DNA from: a virus
Lineage: Duplodnaviria > Caudoviricetes
DNA length: 38,690 nucleotides
Reading direction: 5' to 3' (one strand)
IMG/VR virus record: IMGVR_UViG_3300028410_000003
Location: 1 to 38,690 of that record
How positions within the stretch are numbered: position 1 is the first letter of the stretch; the number at the start of each line of letters is the position of its first letter. The position numbers were made by a program, and so were the translations under genes. A model generated the notes under the pieces. It made no database searches, was not told where the DNA came from, and saw only the letters and a list, made by a program, of their open reading frames with translations. Shown piece by piece: positions 36,055-38,690 of this stretch.

Positions 36055-36354
36055 ATGAGCCAAGCACAAACATACGGAGGTTTAAACCTTCAACAAATAC
36101 AAAACTTGCCTACTTTGCAGCTACGGAAGCACATGCAAAAGTATGTAAATAAAAATTGGGGCAAGGTTATTGAGGAAGGTGAAACAAAGCAAATGTATAA
36201 AATAGAAGTGGAGTTACAACAAGATCCAACATATGAGAAATTCACTGTTCAAGCTTATTCAGAAGAGGAGGCGGAGGAATTAGCAGATTTACATGTAGAG
36301 AAACACTTTTCGTACGATGATTATGAGTTGTGCGAAATCAGGAAAGAGGAATAG
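36055..36354 (+). CDS. Hypothetical protein
   Basis: GAGG RBS; VQAYSEEEAEELA motif. Confidence 0.75.
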   Translation: MSQAQTYGGLNLQQIQNLPTLQLRKHMQKYVNKNWGKVIEEGETKQMYKIEVELQQDPTYEKFTVQAYSEEEAEELADLHVEKHFSYDDYELCEIRKEE

Positions 36355-36443
36355 AGTAATAAACGTAGCGAAAGCGAATCAAAAGTTAGAAAATAAACGG
36401 CTTTTAACCGAAAACATGTTACAATAATGAAAAAAGGTAGAAA

Positions 36444-36623
36444 ATGAGGAACAAAATATTTAAAAGACCATTACTGATAATAGTTCAATTAACTTTGTTG
36501 GTAATATGTACAGTTAGTATAGCCCATACAACCTACACCTATATCACTTGCAAAGGTGTTGTTGTAAATTCAATAGGTGTTGTTATATGCCTTGAAAACA
36601 AAGGAGGGCAAGACATTGACTGA
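36444..36623 (+). CDS. 59-aa membrane protein (not in ORF track)
   Basis: AAGGT RBS; MRNKIFKRPLLIIVQLTLLVICTVSIAH... Confidence 0.55.
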   Translation: MRNKIFKRPLLIIVQLTLLVICTVSIAHTTYTYITCKGVVVNSIGVVICLENKGGQDID

Positions 36624-36771
36624 AGAAAATAAAATATATCTAAAAGGCGTTGAGGCTCTAGCAAGACACATTTGAACTTTAAGAATCCATGATGGATAGG
36701 GGCGGCATAATCGGCACTTAAGTTGTACAGCAAAATAGCCGCCTCTTTATGAAAATAATTTAAAATACTTG

Positions 36772-36800
36772 TGGACGGCGTACCGTTCTTTCTATATACT
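36772..36800 (+). promoter_or_regulatory. Sigma70-type promoter
   Basis: TGGACG-N17-TATACT followed by a CGGCAATACAGCCG leader hairpin. Confidence 0.6.
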
Positions 36801-36847
36801 GTATTTATCGACGGCAATACAGCCGCTTTACTTAAAAGGAATATCAC

Positions 36848-37192
36848 ATGACATATTTAAACACTTATATACAACAAAAAAGCGCTATAAAAAATTCAAA
36901 GGAATGGGTCGAACATCTGACGGCGCGCGGACGAGAAAATACGAGTTGCTACATTCATAGCATAGGCGCAAACCCAAATCTTAGGATACAATATACTACA
37001 GGCGGAACAAACTATTGGGAGGCGAGTTATTGTGCTGGGGAGGAGTTTACAACCGCGTTAAATAAAGAGATAGAAAAAGATTTGCAGGTTTTATGCCAAA
37101 GAGCAATTAAGACTATGGAAAAAGAATTAGCAGAAAGCGAGGCTCTTGCGAAACGAGAGTACAAAACTTTATTTAATGAAAATATGGGGTAA
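36848..37192 (+). CDS. Hypothetical protein
   Basis: AAGGA RBS; 114 aa. Confidence 0.8.
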   Translation: MTYLNTYIQQKSAIKNSKEWVEHLTARGRENTSCYIHSIGANPNLRIQYTTGGTNYWEASYCAGEEFTTALNKEIEKDLQVLCQRAIKTMEKELAESEALAKREYKTLFNENMG

Positions 37193-37193
37193 A

Positions 37194-37397
37194 ATGGAAA
37201 AAGAAGAATTTAAACAATCACGCATAGCCTTAAGACTTAGCCAACGTAAACTAGCTAAAGTTTTAGGGCGTAATGTAAGAACAATTCAGCGTTATGAATA
37301 CGGAGATTGGACTGTATCAGTAGAAATAGCGGATAAAATGCAAGTTTTAGTAAAAGCTTTGCAAGAAATAAAGGAGATTGAAGATGGACAAAGATAA
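37194..37397 (+). CDS. Small XRE-family HTH protein
   Basis: EEFKQSRIALRLSQRKLAKVLGRNVRTIQRYEYG; start reassigned to the ATG at 37194. Confidence 0.85.
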   Translation: MEKEEFKQSRIALRLSQRKLAKVLGRNVRTIQRYEYGDWTVSVEIADKMQVLVKALQEIKEIEDGQR

Positions 37398-37650
37398 ACT
37401 AATAGAAGCTGCAAGGGGTTTGCTAGAAGCGTGGGATGATGACGTGGTGGTATTTAACAATACCAAAAGGATTGGCACTCGTATCAAGGCTTTAAAGTTA
37501 GCGTTAGAGCCTACGGAGGCTGAAAAGAAAGCTGAGATGATTTGTTTTTTAAGAAGCTGTTTTGAGGCTTGGCGGAGTAATGGACTTTTGAAGCACGCAA
37601 CTAACGCAGAGGTTATAATCAAATATATAGAGAATAGTGATGGAAGATAA
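37378..37650 (+). CDS. Hypothetical protein
   Basis: AAGGAG RBS; similar to the next ORF. Confidence 0.75.
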   Translation: MKMDKDKLIEAARGLLEAWDDDVVVFNNTKRIGTRIKALKLALEPTEAEKKAEMICFLRSCFEAWRSNGLLKHATNAEVIIKYIENSDGR

Positions 37651-37861
37651 ACTAAAAGAAGCAGTAGAACAATTTTTAACCGCTTGGGATGGTGGGCGTG
37701 CTACAAACATAACCACAGCAATAACTCGTTTAAAGGCTGCAAATAAACCTACCAAGCAAGAGGTAGCAAGTTATTTGAGTAATGTAGAATGTTATTCAGC
37801 CGAGGATGAACAATGGATACAATACGCTATAGACTTCCTAGAGGAAGGGTTGGAAGTCTAG
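37637..37861 (+). CDS. Hypothetical protein, probable paralogue of the preceding ORF
   Basis: Both share DKL.EA....L.AWD and I..LK.A..PT. Confidence 0.75.
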   Translation: MMEDKLKEAVEQFLTAWDGGRATNITTAITRLKAANKPTKQEVASYLSNVECYSAEDEQWIQYAIDFLEEGLEV

Positions 37862-37929
37862 GTAAACAGTTTGCAGGGTGGTGAACGCAACAGCACTACC
37901 CTGCGATTAAAACAATAAGAGGTTAAATA

Positions 37930-38178
37930 ATGAATGAACGTAAAATAAAAGCTTTAAAATATTTCAAACCCCCTTTCCATTACGACGCAATGGGGCAGAC
38001 CATTTATTGCCAAAGTAAAAATGGTGATAATATGTGTTTGCAGGTGCGTGGTTGGGGGAATCTTATAGGAGGAGGGGCAGAAAACCTACCTCACAAAGAA
38101 GCGGCGGCAATACAAGATGAGTTCGGTGAGTGGGTGGTAGAGGCGTTAAATCAATTAACACCAAAGGAGAAAGAGTAA
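37930..38178 (+). CDS. Phage hypothetical protein
   Basis: PPFHYD..GQ.I, QVRGWG.L and IQDEFGEWVVEALN motifs. Confidence 0.75.
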   Translation: MNERKIKALKYFKPPFHYDAMGQTIYCQSKNGDNMCLQVRGWGNLIGGGAENLPHKEAAAIQDEFGEWVVEALNQLTPKEKE

Positions 38179-38450
38179 TGACAGAAGAACTACTAAAACA
38201 AGCAGATGATGAAGTAGCGGTATTACTAGATGCTTCGGAAGCTTTCGATATGTTAAATATAGAGCCAAAAACTGGCAAGAGGTTAGCGGAGCTTATTAAA
38301 GCCCTTGCCGATGAATTGCGGGAGGTAAAAAGCGTTGTGAAAGAAGCGTGTGATTACCTTGACACCAACGAATTAACCACAATAGGAAGTACGTCAGCTT
38401 TACATATAAAATTTAAAAGTGTTGTAAAACCACCAAAGGAGCAAGAGTAA
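38178..38450 (+). CDS. Hypothetical protein
   Basis: TAATG coupling with an AAGGAG RBS; start reassigned from 38130. Confidence 0.7.
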   Translation: MTEELLKQADDEVAVLLDASEAFDMLNIEPKTGKRLAELIKALADELREVKSVVKEACDYLDTNELTTIGSTSALHIKFKSVVKPPKEQE

Positions 38451-38690
38451 TGACTAAAGAACTAGAACAAGTAAAGCAGGGGTTAATTTTGGCAGATGAA
38501 GCGTTCGGAGTATGGCAAACGACATGCCCCGGAGATGCAAAAGCCCAAAGAGGATTAAAAACCGCTTTAACCGCCCTAAAGGCTTATGAGGCGAGGTTAG
38601 AGTCTGATGAGTTGGTTAGCAATATAGTGGAGGTTTTAAATTGTGAGTTTGGTCTAGTTCCTTGCTCAAACTCAACGCCAGAAACGCAAG
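38450..38690 (+). CDS. Hypothetical protein spanning the circular junction (ends at base 74)
   Basis: TAATG coupling; MTKELEQVKQG...PETQERTLDLAARAAIKTIRG*. Confidence 0.75.
   Translation, partial: MTKELEQVKQGLILADEAFGVWQTTCPGDAKAQRGLKTALTALKAYEARLESDELVSNIVEVLNCEFGLVPCSNSTPETQ

Noticed and set aside
36527-36595. Hairpins suggesting a tRNA or ncRNA
   Set aside because: No cloverleaf, T-loop or CCA; the region lies within the 59-aa ORF 36444-36623
36539-36960. ORFs 36539-36847 (-) and 36769-36960 (+)
   Set aside because: They overlap a predicted promoter and better-supported genes; no RBS

Overview
The window is an apparently complete, circular ~38.67-kb tailed-phage genome: bases 1-21 equal 38670-38690, and an ORF reads through the junction. 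It is siphovirus-like, with no tail sheath, and a GapR/DUF2312 gene points to an alphaproteobacterial host. Layout: (+) terminases, a Mu-like portal fused to a MuF domain, head, tail, fibre and lysis genes (81-23513), interrupted by an inverted 3-gene cassette (4304-5737); (-) an early arm with recombination and accessory genes (23798-33948); (+) a Cro-like gene, a replication initiator with iterons, a loader and small genes (34273-end). No integrase, CI-type repressor, polymerase, helicase, SSB, tRNA, CRISPR array or reverse transcriptase was recognised. Main candidate novelty: where a repressor gene would normally sit, a promoter drives a ~70-nt two-hairpin RNA (34114-34184). Its two loops are complementary to two recurring ribosome-binding-site families (AAGGACG and TAAACTAGG) in front of about ten phage genes. 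Further signals are a C4-like RNA whose loop can pair with the initiator RBS, and an A9 / A-AAA-AAG slippery site exactly between the portal and MuF domains. All family assignments are by motif recognition; no database search was run.
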